DNA of 64,000 nucleotides from Escherichia coli 042 (GTDB lineage Bacteria; Pseudomonadota; Gammaproteobacteria; Enterobacterales; Enterobacteriaceae): NCBI RefSeq assembly GCF_000027125.1, contig NC_017626.1; one strand, 5' to 3'. Shown piece by piece: positions 31,701 to 40,332 of this stretch (position 1 is its first letter; each line of letters starts with the position of its first letter). The notes under the pieces were generated by a model. It saw only the letters and a program-made list of their open reading frames with translations, ran no database searches and was not told where the DNA came from. The position numbers and the translations under genes were made by a program.

Positions 31701-32118
31701 AGACACTATCTTTAAAAACCTCTGCAAAAATTTCAGAACAAAATTCCCAGTAAATAACAATATCAGGATTTAAATTACCCAGCTTATTCCTAAAATAATC
31801 AACCAGATGTTCTTTTAGCTTTTTTGAAATGTCATTGCTAATAACCATCTCAACTGTCGAATCATAATAATCCAATATATTTCTTATTTCTGAGTCTGGT
31901 ATATTAATCACTGTCACATTATTCTTTATTAAATTCTGTTTTATTTCTCTTTTTTCCAGAACGGAATCCAGGGCTAAATAGGTGACTTTTAGATCTTTTT
32001 GTTTTTTGGAGTATCGCCCAAGAAAGTCGGCATTAAGATCAAACTTTGCCACAAAACTTCTTTCATCAGCACCTTTATCTAAATCGACAAAGACATCCAT
32101 ATAATAAAGAACTTGCAT
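28780..32118 (-). CDS. capsule region 2 multidomain protein (1112 aa) with central HAD-like phosphatase motifs; probable polymerase / glycosyltransferase
   Basis: AT-rich; HAD motif I FDIFDTLL and motif IV-like FIGDNLKSD in the middle; large flanking N- and C-terminal regions of unassigned fold. Confidence 0.55.
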   Translation of the reverse strand: MQVLYYMDVFVDLDKGADERSFVAKFDLNADFLGRYSKKQKDLKVTYLALDSVLEKREIKQNLIKNNVTVINIPDSEIRNILDYYDSTVEMVISNDISKKLKEHLVDYFRNKLGNLNPDIVIYWEFCSEIFAEVFKDSVLLEGSHTGFWRLENNNPDVLFNVSTKDKKYDDAFFEAIKKVEIVPEDVIDIQNLKKYYQDNIIFETQINRKTLDPDSKFKYLIFYPGNFPSLRFKKYSGFSSNAAFLQFLLEQIPNDCAIVYSKHSLDRTENDHYIDNNERIINLDKVSSIDNDISIRVLPHVDAVINIYSNIFMPAMLLGKPIFSYGNSPNSKFSIGTVEHVYNYLSTNATLSSDYIDISNKIIKYVLTHKVNTRFLRNEKNSFLYLKQIIKNIENNEYIKYLPQLGTLRGYKARLSQQLLLQNNVHINYEQTKFEKLLGYLINDNIRNIGFDIFDTLLCRPLVKPTDLFNLIEEDIYKVTKLRSFNFSTTRIHAESLARQGKIEVTLDEIYNKLQESTGFTDDTISKIKNIECEMERQLLTPRETMLEYFTLAKIHHKNLFVASDMYLPEDLLKDILISNGYEINQIPVYISCEYNKVKYNGSLFKLILLKEGFDASKTLFIGDNLKSDVQRATDNGLLAEHYPKAIDEFRKTNLFKPDVLGFVYKENFSFYLGMIANKLFDNPFVPFDHKTSINNSSALLGYYIFGPLVLSLTHWLIQNTKNSNYEKILFSSRDSRVVFDVYNYINDTLYNHQLPKSVYFYISRTATLSAYNNKALKGTLLSLYNSKLNVKKFLDYVFDIDVSNDRIAKKLVQELKLNLSADSSKNKHEISQFIHKYYDFASCSNEVNKKNKYLIEYITSITENKKFAVFDLGARGTSRDILADLMGIDIPLFMFRERKHKCVNDINSYLVDTFNPFRRGLRVFLPSFYELLLSDALTSTCYGYEKSESAVKPIIFPSEITATSLLTLKSQVYMKEFCKDYVSLFKGKWEYINSQTRDAFVYPLSYLCSNTTDQLLLNQYVADDPLYEDKHFPVIYPPLKKSTTATKPVKKIIPNKEQSKTQPSPVPESVPKEANLKRNTFIYFKRKFYKSEITKIIWDKGREMYVKYLN

Positions 32119-32355
32119 ATCAAACCTCTTAATTCTGTAATTACTTTAAATTATGACAAATAACTTTTGTGCTGAATTAGCTTTATGGTAGTTGACAATA
32201 AAATAATTTTACATTGCAGATACATCAACACATAAAAATACTACGGGAAGAACAAAATATTGTAGTTTCAAATAATAAATTGGTGGGAATAACTCCGTCT
32301 ATTAACTTCGCCATTAACATTAATTCAAATATTAATGTCATTTATTACAATTACT

Positions 32356-33051
32356 TTAAAGTTTATAACTGTTATCTTTCTCATATTTCTTTCTAATAGA
32401 GTAAATTTCTGCAGCTAACTGGAAATCATCAACAGTATCAATATCGACCGTTGCTGTATTAGAAACATATAAATAAGGGTTTACGCCTATATGGTACTTA
32501 TATGTTTCAATTGTTTCTCTTTTAAGTATAAAACAAGACCATAACACCTCATACCATGATGGTAAATTTTGTGAGACTTTATGCCAATACCCGAAAGAAT
32601 AATTTAATGGGTTCCCTGATGCATCGATTAAATGTCCTTTATATTTTTTGACAGCAACCATAGAATCAAACTCATTCCTAATTGATTCCCATTCTTTTAT
32701 CATGCAGGAGAATTCATTAAACAATGGGTTGGTCACTTGAACCCACATAATATCATCATTATCATTGCTATTTTTATTTATATCGTTAAGAATACCTCCA
32801 ATTAATTCTGGTTGTTTAATCTCATTACCAGTTAATCTTTTATCTCGAAGTAAAAAGTTCACTCCTTTCTCATCACACATACGTTCAACTTCTTGAGCTT
32901 CAGATGATATATATATTGTTTCTGGTTTAATACCAGAATTAAGGAGCTGTTCTATTTTTATATCAAACAAAGACATTCCATTATAAAATGGAATTATGTT
33001 TTTCTTTGGTACGCGTGTCGAGCACGTTTGGAGTGGGATAATAACTTTCAT
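32356..33051 (-). CDS. capsule region 2 CMP-sugar cytidylyltransferase (KdsB/NeuA superfamily paralogue)
   Basis: 231 aa; MKVIIPLQTCSTRVPKKNI resembles the nucleotidyltransferase N-terminus of KdsB/NeuA; distinct from kpsU. Confidence 0.6.
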   Translation of the reverse strand: MKVIIPLQTCSTRVPKKNIIPFYNGMSLFDIKIEQLLNSGIKPETIYISSEAQEVERMCDEKGVNFLLRDKRLTGNEIKQPELIGGILNDINKNSNDNDDIMWVQVTNPLFNEFSCMIKEWESIRNEFDSMVAVKKYKGHLIDASGNPLNYSFGYWHKVSQNLPSWYEVLWSCFILKRETIETYKYHIGVNPYLYVSNTATVDIDTVDDFQLAAEIYSIRKKYEKDNSYKL

Positions 33052-33136
33052 GTCTAATCCTTTTCGCTTTTTCTATTTAACTCTTAATAAGATTAATAAA
33101 TCTTTATATTCTGTTAATTGGTTATGCCAGATATTT

Positions 33137-33808
33137 TTAGACGAAGATATTTTGATCTTTTTTATACTCATCCACCCCTTCCTGAACATCCTCATAAAAA
33201 CCAACCGCATTATCGTCTTTAAACACAATCGCCACATCACAAAACTCTTTCAATGAATTCAAACTATGTGAAACCATTAAAAAACTAGATTCTTTATGCC
33301 TTTCTTTAAACAATTGAGCGCATTTTTCTTTAAACCTGGCATCACCGACTGCGGTTACTTCATCGACGATATAATAATCAAACTTAAATGCCATGCTTAA
33401 ACCAAAGCCTAAACGCGATCGCATACCAGATGAGTAAGTTTTAATCGGCATATCGAAGTACTTACCGAGTTCGGCAAATTCTTCGACAAACTCAATTTTC
33501 TCTTTCAGCTCTTCTTGCTTCGCGTATAACCGCGCAACAAATTTTACGTTTTCGCGTCCGGTTAAACTTCCCTGAAATCCACCTGCAAGGCCGACTGGCC
33601 ATGATATCGTTTTATTGGTGATGATCTTTCCACTGTCGGGGCGGTCAATGCCGCCAATCATTCTCAGTAACGTTGATTTACCCGCACCATTACGACCAAT
33701 AAAGGCAACACTTTTTCCTGAAGGAATTTCGAGGTTTAAATCCTTAAACACATAGTGTCGCCCCGTTGGCGTGCGATATGACTTCGTCAAATTCTCAATC
33801 TTAATCAT
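33137..33808 (-). CDS. kpsT: capsule ABC transporter ATPase KpsT
   Basis: 223 aa; Walker A GRNGAGKST, signature YSSGMRSRL, Walker B YYIVDE. Confidence 0.9.
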   Translation of the reverse strand: MIKIENLTKSYRTPTGRHYVFKDLNLEIPSGKSVAFIGRNGAGKSTLLRMIGGIDRPDSGKIITNKTISWPVGLAGGFQGSLTGRENVKFVARLYAKQEELKEKIEFVEEFAELGKYFDMPIKTYSSGMRSRLGFGLSMAFKFDYYIVDEVTAVGDARFKEKCAQLFKERHKESSFLMVSHSLNSLKEFCDVAIVFKDDNAVGFYEDVQEGVDEYKKDQNIFV

Positions 33809-34581
33809 GATGTCAGCATTGCCTCTTCACGCGTTCGGTATAACGCCAGACCGATGAACAGGGTGACCAGAGTGAACATTGCCAGGTAGTTCAGACTCAC
33901 GCCTTCGCTGATATAGCCAGGCATAACTGCCTCGCGGCTTAACTCCACGACATGCACTAATGGGTTCCAGAGTAGATATGACCAGTATTGCTTTGGAATC
34001 GAGTGTAGAGGGAACATGATGCAGGAGATGAAATACAGCGGCTTAAGCAGTATCGGCAGAACCTTTTGCATTTCGGGGAAAGTTTTACCAACGACCATGA
34101 ATATTAAACCGACGCCACATGAAAGAATGATCAGCAGGCTCCAGGTAGCCACAAGTTGTAAAAAATTTGTTATCTCGAAATATTCGCCTGCCATCCAGAC
34201 AATGAGCATAAGCAGAATATAAACAGCAACGTAAATCAGTGTCTCAAGCAGTGCGCGTGCAATGATCGTATCGATGGGTTTTACTGGTCGATAATTAAAC
34301 AGCCCCTGATTCGCTTCAATAGCACCTACAGAACGATTGCTGATACTGCTAAAGATAAAAAAGGGAATCAGGCCATTAAGTAAAAACACCGGGAATGAGA
34401 TGTCTGGCATCGTGCGGTGCATAATGTAACCAAAAATGCCCAACAGTATCAGCAAATGCGCAGAGGGTTCGAGAATCGCCCACAAATATCCCAGACGGAA
34501 CTTACCAAAGCGTGTTCGTATTTCTCGTAGAAATAATGCCTCTACGGTGACTTTCTGGACTTCAAATCCACTTCTTGCCAT
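33805..34581 (-). CDS. kpsM: capsule ABC transporter permease KpsM
   Basis: Start at MARSGFEVQKV (258 aa), multiple TM segments; ORF-track upstream extension would cover the ops element and is rejected. Confidence 0.9.
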   Translation of the reverse strand: MARSGFEVQKVTVEALFLREIRTRFGKFRLGYLWAILEPSAHLLILLGIFGYIMHRTMPDISFPVFLLNGLIPFFIFSSISNRSVGAIEANQGLFNYRPVKPIDTIIARALLETLIYVAVYILLMLIVWMAGEYFEITNFLQLVATWSLLIILSCGVGLIFMVVGKTFPEMQKVLPILLKPLYFISCIMFPLHSIPKQYWSYLLWNPLVHVVELSREAVMPGYISEGVSLNYLAMFTLVTLFIGLALYRTREEAMLTS

Positions 34582-35636
34582 TTGATGATGTGATCCTAAT
34601 CTCTTCAGGTACGCTACCGCCCTTGGCTTAACAGCTACCAATACACTGGAGGTAATGCTTATTTGTAACTGGATAAAATTTACTCAGACGGTTTGACCTT
34701 TTTAATAGCCGCAAAAAATTTCAGCAGAAATTATTTCCGCAGGGATAAATAGATCTATTTCCGTCTCGTTTCTTCTAATCCATTCTTCAGGCATGAATGT
34801 ATTCGGTCTTCTGGTAATTTCAGAAAACTGGCCGTTTTAGAATGTAGAGTTAATTTCCCAGGAAATTATTTTTTGTTATTACTGTTAACTACTTGATTAT
34901 AATACCCCCATGGATTTTATGCGTAACAATACCTGCAATCTGTTTCAAACCAGAACGCACGCGATTGATTACCAATAAATTGTTCACCGAGAAACTATTT
35001 CCCTATTTAAAATTCACTCGTGTACTTCTTATTTATATCTACAGCCCCCTCTTTACAGTCATATTTGTGATTTATATCACATTTAAATGGTGTTATTTAA
35101 GTCGCATCAATAATCCCGAAGGTAATTATTTTCGTCGATTAAAATATACATCTTGATTATTTTGTGTATTTATTTTAACCAGTGTTACAACCAACACCAT
35201 CCCTCAGTAGATATACCTGAGCAGACATTTCTTAAAATCAACGAATAGTTTCACTGGAAATTATTATGCTTATTTGAAATTCCCTTTCTGATTATCTCCA
35301 GGAATTTTACTAATTTCCAAGCTACACAAAATACAGATCACACAAGAATTATCCTATATGTTTTGGCCTATCAATTGTTACTCAATGATTTATTGCAACT
35401 ATTAATAATCATAATGTGTCAAAACACTTAAGCAACTTTACAGTCTGAGAAAGGTGTCGATTAACGAAGGCTACATGGTGAAAAACAGGTTCCTTCAGTG
35501 TTACCGAATATTCCGTGGTGGTCTGGAGGGAGATAATTCTTGCTACATCGAAACTCAGCCCGGTGAGCGGGTTTGACAGTTCCGCACTCACCATTGGGCT
35601 AAGGGTTATCAGGTGGGGTTAAGGAAATGGCAATAC
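34582..35636 (-). promoter_or_regulatory. kps region 3 promoter and long 5' leader
   Basis: About 1 kb AT-rich non-coding region between gspM and kpsM containing the ops element; no convincing ORF. Confidence 0.5.
34614..34621 (-). promoter_or_regulatory. ops element (GGCGGTAG) in kpsM leader; RfaH-dependent antitermination site within JUMPstart
   Basis: Exact GGCGGTAG on the transcribed (-) strand about 33 bp upstream of the kpsM start codon. Confidence 0.75.
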
Positions 35637-36173
35637 CTACCCCCGTCCAAATTCCAGTCGCTGCACATTCACCATCCCAGGCTTCTCACCCGCACTGACA
35701 TCAATTTGTGTCACCCGCAGCGCATATTTTTCATCCAGTGCTTTTAACCAGTTCAGCAGGTCATTAAACACCACCGGATCTATCCAGACTTGAATATTCT
35801 CCCCACGCTCGGCTATCCGCTTGATGACCACCGAGTGCGCGGAAGCACTGTCACTGATGACCCGCGATACCTGCGCAGGCGTTGTTGTGGCAGATTTTCG
35901 CGCTGCAATAATATCCGGCGCGGCGTTCTTCAGTCGGGTGTTCATCGCCACCAGCTGCTGCAACATCGTCTCCTGTTGTTCTATCCGTTCGCTCAACGGC
36001 TGCCAGATGAGGACGTAATATCCGACGCTAAACAGGAACACTACCGCTGCCAGTAACATGCCTTTTTCACGCGGAGAACGCCCCGCCAGGTGTTGTGCCA
36101 GCCAGTGTTCGCCACGGCTTAACTGGCGTTCACGCCATTGCTGAAAATAGTGAATAAATTTATCGCGTAACAT
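35637..36173 (-). CDS. gspM: type II secretion system protein GspM
   Basis: 178 aa with single N-terminal TM; last gene of gsp operon, 2-bp gap to gspL. Confidence 0.8.
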   Translation of the reverse strand: MLRDKFIHYFQQWRERQLSRGEHWLAQHLAGRSPREKGMLLAAVVFLFSVGYYVLIWQPLSERIEQQETMLQQLVAMNTRLKNAAPDIIAARKSATTTPAQVSRVISDSASAHSVVIKRIAERGENIQVWIDPVVFNDLLNWLKALDEKYALRVTQIDVSAGEKPGMVNVQRLEFGRG

Positions 36174-36174
36174 G

Positions 36175-37353
36175 TTATTTCCTCCGCAACGTTACGCCGC
36201 CGGAAACCGCATCACCCTCTTTCTGTAACGCGTCCTGTTGCACAACATAATCGGTTGCCAGTGCGCTACGCAGTTTGTCGAAGCTGGCAAAGTTCGCAGT
36301 CCGCAGTTGGAGGTGAAGCGTCTGGCGTTTTTGATCAAAGGTGAAACCACGCATTTCGATGTCGGTAAGTGACGCTGATTTCAGGGTACTGGCGATCGCT
36401 GACAATTCTGCGAGCAGCCGGGTATCGTCGGCCAGTGGGCGATATTTTTTCAGCGCCATCGTCACCTGCGAGCGTAAATTCACAATCCGCTTCTGCTCCG
36501 GGAATAGCGTTAAGAACTGTTTCTCCGCCTGGGTGCGGCTTTGCGCCACCTGTTCGCTGACGCTCCATAACGTCACGCCCCGTTCCACTGCCAGCGCAAC
36601 CAGAATCAGCAATATCGGCAGAATCATCACCCGCCAGCGCGCCCACTGTTTTCGGTAGCTGACACGAGGCTGCCACGGCCCTGTTAGCAGGTTCCCTTCC
36701 GGTTCGCCATAAGTGGTAATGGCGGGCAGAGCCGTAACGGTCAGGCGTTCGGCGTCTGCACCAGCCCATGCAGACAGTTCTTCCGGTGCAATGCCGACCA
36801 CAGTTAGTGAAATCGGTAAATTCTGCTCATTGAGCTGTGCGCGGAACATGACCGGAGCCAGCGCCCGCCCGGCGCTCCATCCCCGGCATTCATCGATGCG
36901 GCAGATAACCCGTTGCGCATCGCCAGCCATAAACCCACAAGGAATGGACATCCAGTCCGGCGCGACGGTAGCGCGGGTGATGCCGTTTGCCTGCAACCAC
37001 TGCGCAATGTTGCGCATATGCTGCTGGTGAATCACAGCTACGGTTGCCAGTTGCTGGTCGATTTTCAACGGGGCGAAATGCAGTTCATCGATATCCTGGT
37101 TCAGCTCTTCTTCCAGCAAGGCGGGCAGAATCGTCGGTATCTGCTTGCGGGGCACATCAGGCAGTTCAACCTGCCAGACGCTGATCCATTCGCCGGGAAT
37201 GTAGAGTCGAATCGCATCAGTTTGCAGCCATTGCTGGAGACGTTCGTCAGCAACGTCAGGCCAGATACCGTGCTCCACGTCGGGTGTATGGCGCTGCCAA
37301 CGGATGGGATCAGCGGCGCAAAGCGGGAAAAAAATCTCAAGCATGGAACTCAC
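36175..37353 (-). CDS. gspL: type II secretion system protein GspL
   Basis: 392 aa, cytoplasmic domain plus TM plus periplasmic domain; operon position. Confidence 0.8.
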   Translation of the reverse strand: MSSMLEIFFPLCAADPIRWQRHTPDVEHGIWPDVADERLQQWLQTDAIRLYIPGEWISVWQVELPDVPRKQIPTILPALLEEELNQDIDELHFAPLKIDQQLATVAVIHQQHMRNIAQWLQANGITRATVAPDWMSIPCGFMAGDAQRVICRIDECRGWSAGRALAPVMFRAQLNEQNLPISLTVVGIAPEELSAWAGADAERLTVTALPAITTYGEPEGNLLTGPWQPRVSYRKQWARWRVMILPILLILVALAVERGVTLWSVSEQVAQSRTQAEKQFLTLFPEQKRIVNLRSQVTMALKKYRPLADDTRLLAELSAIASTLKSASLTDIEMRGFTFDQKRQTLHLQLRTANFASFDKLRSALATDYVVQQDALQKEGDAVSGGVTLRRK

Positions 37354-38327
37354 TCACTTTCTCCTGTCTGATGCCAGAGAACAGAAAAGTGTTGTGGGCC
37401 CATGCGGACAATTAACGAATTCATCGTCAGTTCAATCTCATTCACGGTGATATCTGAACGCAGCCAGAAGTAATTGCTGTCCACGCTCAGGACGGTTTTT
37501 AGCTGTTTTTTAGTACGATCATCGACGTCTGCAAGTAGCGGCTGAGCAAGAAACTGATCGACATCTTCCCAGCCCTTCGCCGGACGTTGTTGTAATAATG
37601 CCCGCGCCTGAACAGGGCTTAACCACGGGTCAAACAGCGCCTCAAGAATCACACTTTGCGTAACATCTAATGTATTGATGTTGATTTGCTGGCGGGCCAT
37701 CGGCAGCGCACAGACCAACGGTTTCAGTTTTTGATAAAGCCCGGCGTCCATTCCCTGTACCACGCGCATTTCGCTGATATCGGCCAGCGGCTGATTGGCA
37801 GCGTAGAACGGCACCGAACGGGCGAGATACTCGCTGTCTTCACGGCCCAGACGTGTCTGTATGCTGCGGTCCTCGTCAATAAACTCCCACAGGCTTTCAG
37901 CTATCAATTCGGCCCGATAAGCAGGCACATCGAGACGCGTGATCAGGGCAATCAACTGTTGCACCGCAAGCGGACGCGTCGCCGTCGTCGGCTGAGCGAG
38001 AGCATTCAGGTTAAAGCAGGCCTGTGCGTCACGCAGAGTGACGGCGATTTGCCCCTGCGGCAGTGGGAAAAAACGAGGGCCAGAAGCCCACGGCTGTGCC
38101 AGATGCACGCGCTTTTCATTTTTCAGGCTCAGACTGAGAGCGCTCAACGCCAGGCTTTCTGCACTGGCGCTGTACCACAGCGCCTGCTGGTACTCCTGCT
38201 GGCTGCGCGTTCGCCCAAGTTGTTGCTGCATCCGCGCGGAAAGCGTGATAGTTACCAGCATCATTACCGCCAGCAATACCAGCACCACGGCCAGTGCCAT
38301 TCCGCGTTTTGGTGGTGAGATGATCAT
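37350..38327 (-). CDS. gspK: type II secretion minor pseudopilin GspK
   Basis: 325 aa, N-terminal hydrophobic segment MALAVVLVLLAVMMLV; operon position. Confidence 0.8.
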   Translation of the reverse strand: MIISPPKRGMALAVVLVLLAVMMLVTITLSARMQQQLGRTRSQQEYQQALWYSASAESLALSALSLSLKNEKRVHLAQPWASGPRFFPLPQGQIAVTLRDAQACFNLNALAQPTTATRPLAVQQLIALITRLDVPAYRAELIAESLWEFIDEDRSIQTRLGREDSEYLARSVPFYAANQPLADISEMRVVQGMDAGLYQKLKPLVCALPMARQQININTLDVTQSVILEALFDPWLSPVQARALLQQRPAKGWEDVDQFLAQPLLADVDDRTKKQLKTVLSVDSNYFWLRSDITVNEIELTMNSLIVRMGPQHFSVLWHQTGESE

Positions 38328-38929
38328 GATAATTGCGGCCCGCGTAACAACCAGATGCGTTCAATCTCGCCCCATTGCGGCGAATGTAGGGTCATGCGCA
38401 CCGCCACAGGGATCGCCTGCACTGACGACCAGCTCTCCTGCCAGCGTGTGCCGTCGTAGAACTGCAAACGGAGCGAATCCGCCGGGATTAATTTTTGTGT
38501 TGTTGGCTTCACGCTGTCTGCCGCATCGGTCAGTGGCCAGGCTAACCGTTCGAGATAACCACCATGAATGCGGTAACCGACGGTGAGCAGATTACTGCGC
38601 GGCAGACGCATCAACGGATTAACCACGCCGCCGCGTACAAAGCGCATTCCTTCACTCTCAGATGCCAGCACGCCAGGGCCCGCCAGTAACGCAGGTTCAC
38701 GCTGGCCCTGATCGCCCCTTACCGGACGCGGCATCATTTGTGTCAGATCGTGGGTCAGAAAACTCATCGTTTGCTGCATGAGGTTTAGTTTTTGATCGTG
38801 TTCCCCGATGGCGCTATTCACGCGCGTGACGCCGTTTGTCACCTGCTGCGCCATCAGTGCCAGCGAGGCAAAAATGGCAATTGCCACCAGCATTTCCAGT
38901 AACGTGAAACCAGCGCGAGTCCTTCTCAC
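38324..38929 (-). CDS. gspJ: type II secretion minor pseudopilin GspJ
   Basis: Prepilin leader MRRTRAGFTLLEMLVAIAIF. Confidence 0.85.
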   Translation of the reverse strand: MRRTRAGFTLLEMLVAIAIFASLALMAQQVTNGVTRVNSAIGEHDQKLNLMQQTMSFLTHDLTQMMPRPVRGDQGQREPALLAGPGVLASESEGMRFVRGGVVNPLMRLPRSNLLTVGYRIHGGYLERLAWPLTDAADSVKPTTQKLIPADSLRLQFYDGTRWQESWSSVQAIPVAVRMTLHSPQWGEIERIWLLRGPQLS

Positions 38930-39297
38930 TGTTGGCCTCCCACGGCGCTAAACCAGGCGCGTCGTGACTGAATCACCCGCGAAAAGTCTTCGTGAAGGCT
39001 GACTTCAATATCCACCGCCTGGAGTAGCGCGTTGCCTGTATTCAGTGGTGTGGTTCGCCAGAACCAGCGGCTTCCTGCCATTTCGCTCTCGCCGTAGAGT
39101 CTGACCGCCCGTTGTTCGCGAGTCATCAGGTAGAGCAATGCGGTCTGGTTTTCAGCTACCCAGCCTGCTACCGTTTTTTCCTCAAGAACTTGCTGATTAC
39201 TCAGCGCACCGCTGGCAATCTGTAATACCGCCGTGGCAGCCAGCGCAAAAATCGCCAGCGCAAGCATCACTTCCAGCAAGGTAAATCCGCGCTTCAT
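38926..39297 (-). CDS. gspI: type II secretion minor pseudopilin GspI
   Basis: Prepilin leader MKRGFTLLEVMLALAIF. Confidence 0.85.
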   Translation of the reverse strand: MKRGFTLLEVMLALAIFALAATAVLQIASGALSNQQVLEEKTVAGWVAENQTALLYLMTREQRAVRLYGESEMAGSRWFWRTTPLNTGNALLQAVDIEVSLHEDFSRVIQSRRAWFSAVGGQQ

Positions 39298-39857
39298 GGC
39301 ATCCTCTCATCACATTGACTGAGAGATAACGCGCCATCGTGCGCCAGTTTCACCGCCCAACATGCGTTTTGCGCCGCTGAGTAGAAGCGCAGCGTAAACG
39401 GCGTGGCGGGCTCAAAAGGCGAAAAACGGATCTGCGGCGTCTTCTTTTTCGCCTCTTTTTGCAGCTCCAGTTCAATATCGTGCAGCGTCAGGCGGCGACG
39501 CTGCAGCTCCAGCGCATACTCCTTCTGCCAGATATCACTTCCGGGTTGTAGCAGCATCTGCACCTGTTTTGGCACTGTTACCCGTGCCGACAACCGGGGC
39601 GCAGAAACGGGCAACCACTGCCCCTGACGACGCTGCATAAACTGATAACCAGGCGGGTCGATTAGCACACCGAGTGTTTGCCCTTCGATCACTGCCCTGT
39701 CCTTAAACTGCGCAAAGCGGGCCAGGAAATCCTGCGCCGCTTTTTTCGCGGGCGATTCAGAATCGGTCGCAAACGTCTGTACCACGCCCGCACTGGCAAG
39801 GCCGATAAGGAAAATCACCAGCATGATTTCCAGAAGAGTGAATCCGCGTTCAGGCAC
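39294..39857 (-). CDS. gspH: type II secretion minor pseudopilin GspH
   Basis: Prepilin leader MPERGFTLLEIMLVIFLIG. Confidence 0.85.
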   Translation of the reverse strand: MPERGFTLLEIMLVIFLIGLASAGVVQTFATDSESPAKKAAQDFLARFAQFKDRAVIEGQTLGVLIDPPGYQFMQRRQGQWLPVSAPRLSARVTVPKQVQMLLQPGSDIWQKEYALELQRRRLTLHDIELELQKEAKKKTPQIRFSPFEPATPFTLRFYSAAQNACWAVKLAHDGALSLSQCDERMP

Positions 39858-39860
39858 TGA

Positions 39861-40316
39861 TTACTGAAACTCCTGCAAATTCCAGTTACCGATATCTGCG
39901 CCAGCGCCTTCCCCGTTTTCCTGACCATCTGCCCCCAGGGTATAAACATCAAACAGCCCTTTTTCACCCGGGCTGAGATACTGATAATCATTGCCCCACG
40001 GATCCTTTGGCAGTCGTTTGATGTATCCACCGGTACGGTAGTTGCGGGAGTCCGCCATATTGGCCGGTTGCTGGATCAGCGCCTCAAGCCCCTGTTCTGT
40101 GGTCGGATAACGCCCGTTATCCAGTCGGTACATATCCAGCGCATTCTCCAGCGCCACGATATCGCTGATGGCTTTTTGCCTGTCTGCTTTCTCTTTGTTG
40201 CCCAACAGGTTAGGCACCACCAGACTTGCCAGAACGCCAAGAATAACAATCACTACCATCACTTCCAGCAGGGTAAAACCTGCCCGTGGTTTTTGTGTGC
40301 GGGATAACGAATTCAT
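39861..40316 (-). CDS. gspG: type II secretion major pseudopilin GspG
   Basis: Start at MNSLSRTQKPRAGFTLLEVMVV with GGAG ribosome-binding site; prepilin peptidase site G/F. Confidence 0.85.
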   Translation of the reverse strand: MNSLSRTQKPRAGFTLLEVMVVIVILGVLASLVVPNLLGNKEKADRQKAISDIVALENALDMYRLDNGRYPTTEQGLEALIQQPANMADSRNYRTGGYIKRLPKDPWGNDYQYLSPGEKGLFDVYTLGADGQENGEGAGADIGNWNLQEFQ

Positions 40317-40332
40317 GTGATAACTCCGTAAA

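Noticed and set aside
34582..34641. ORF-track N-terminal extension of kpsM (MVAVKPRAVAYLKRLGSHHQ)
   Set aside because: The extension would translate across the ops element; the internal ATG at 34581 gives the canonical MARSGFEVQKV start and 258 aa length.
34893..35594. Small ORFs in the kps region 3 leader (34893..35156 +, 35409..35594 -)
   Set aside because: AT-rich non-coding leader known to be long; no ribosome-binding sites or motifs.
36335..37371. Several ORFs of 60 to 150 aa on both strands overlapping gspL (for example 36335..36769, 36341..36658, 36913..37371)
   Set aside because: They lie entirely inside or antisense to a well-supported gsp gene in GC-rich DNA, where spurious open frames are expected; no independent signals.
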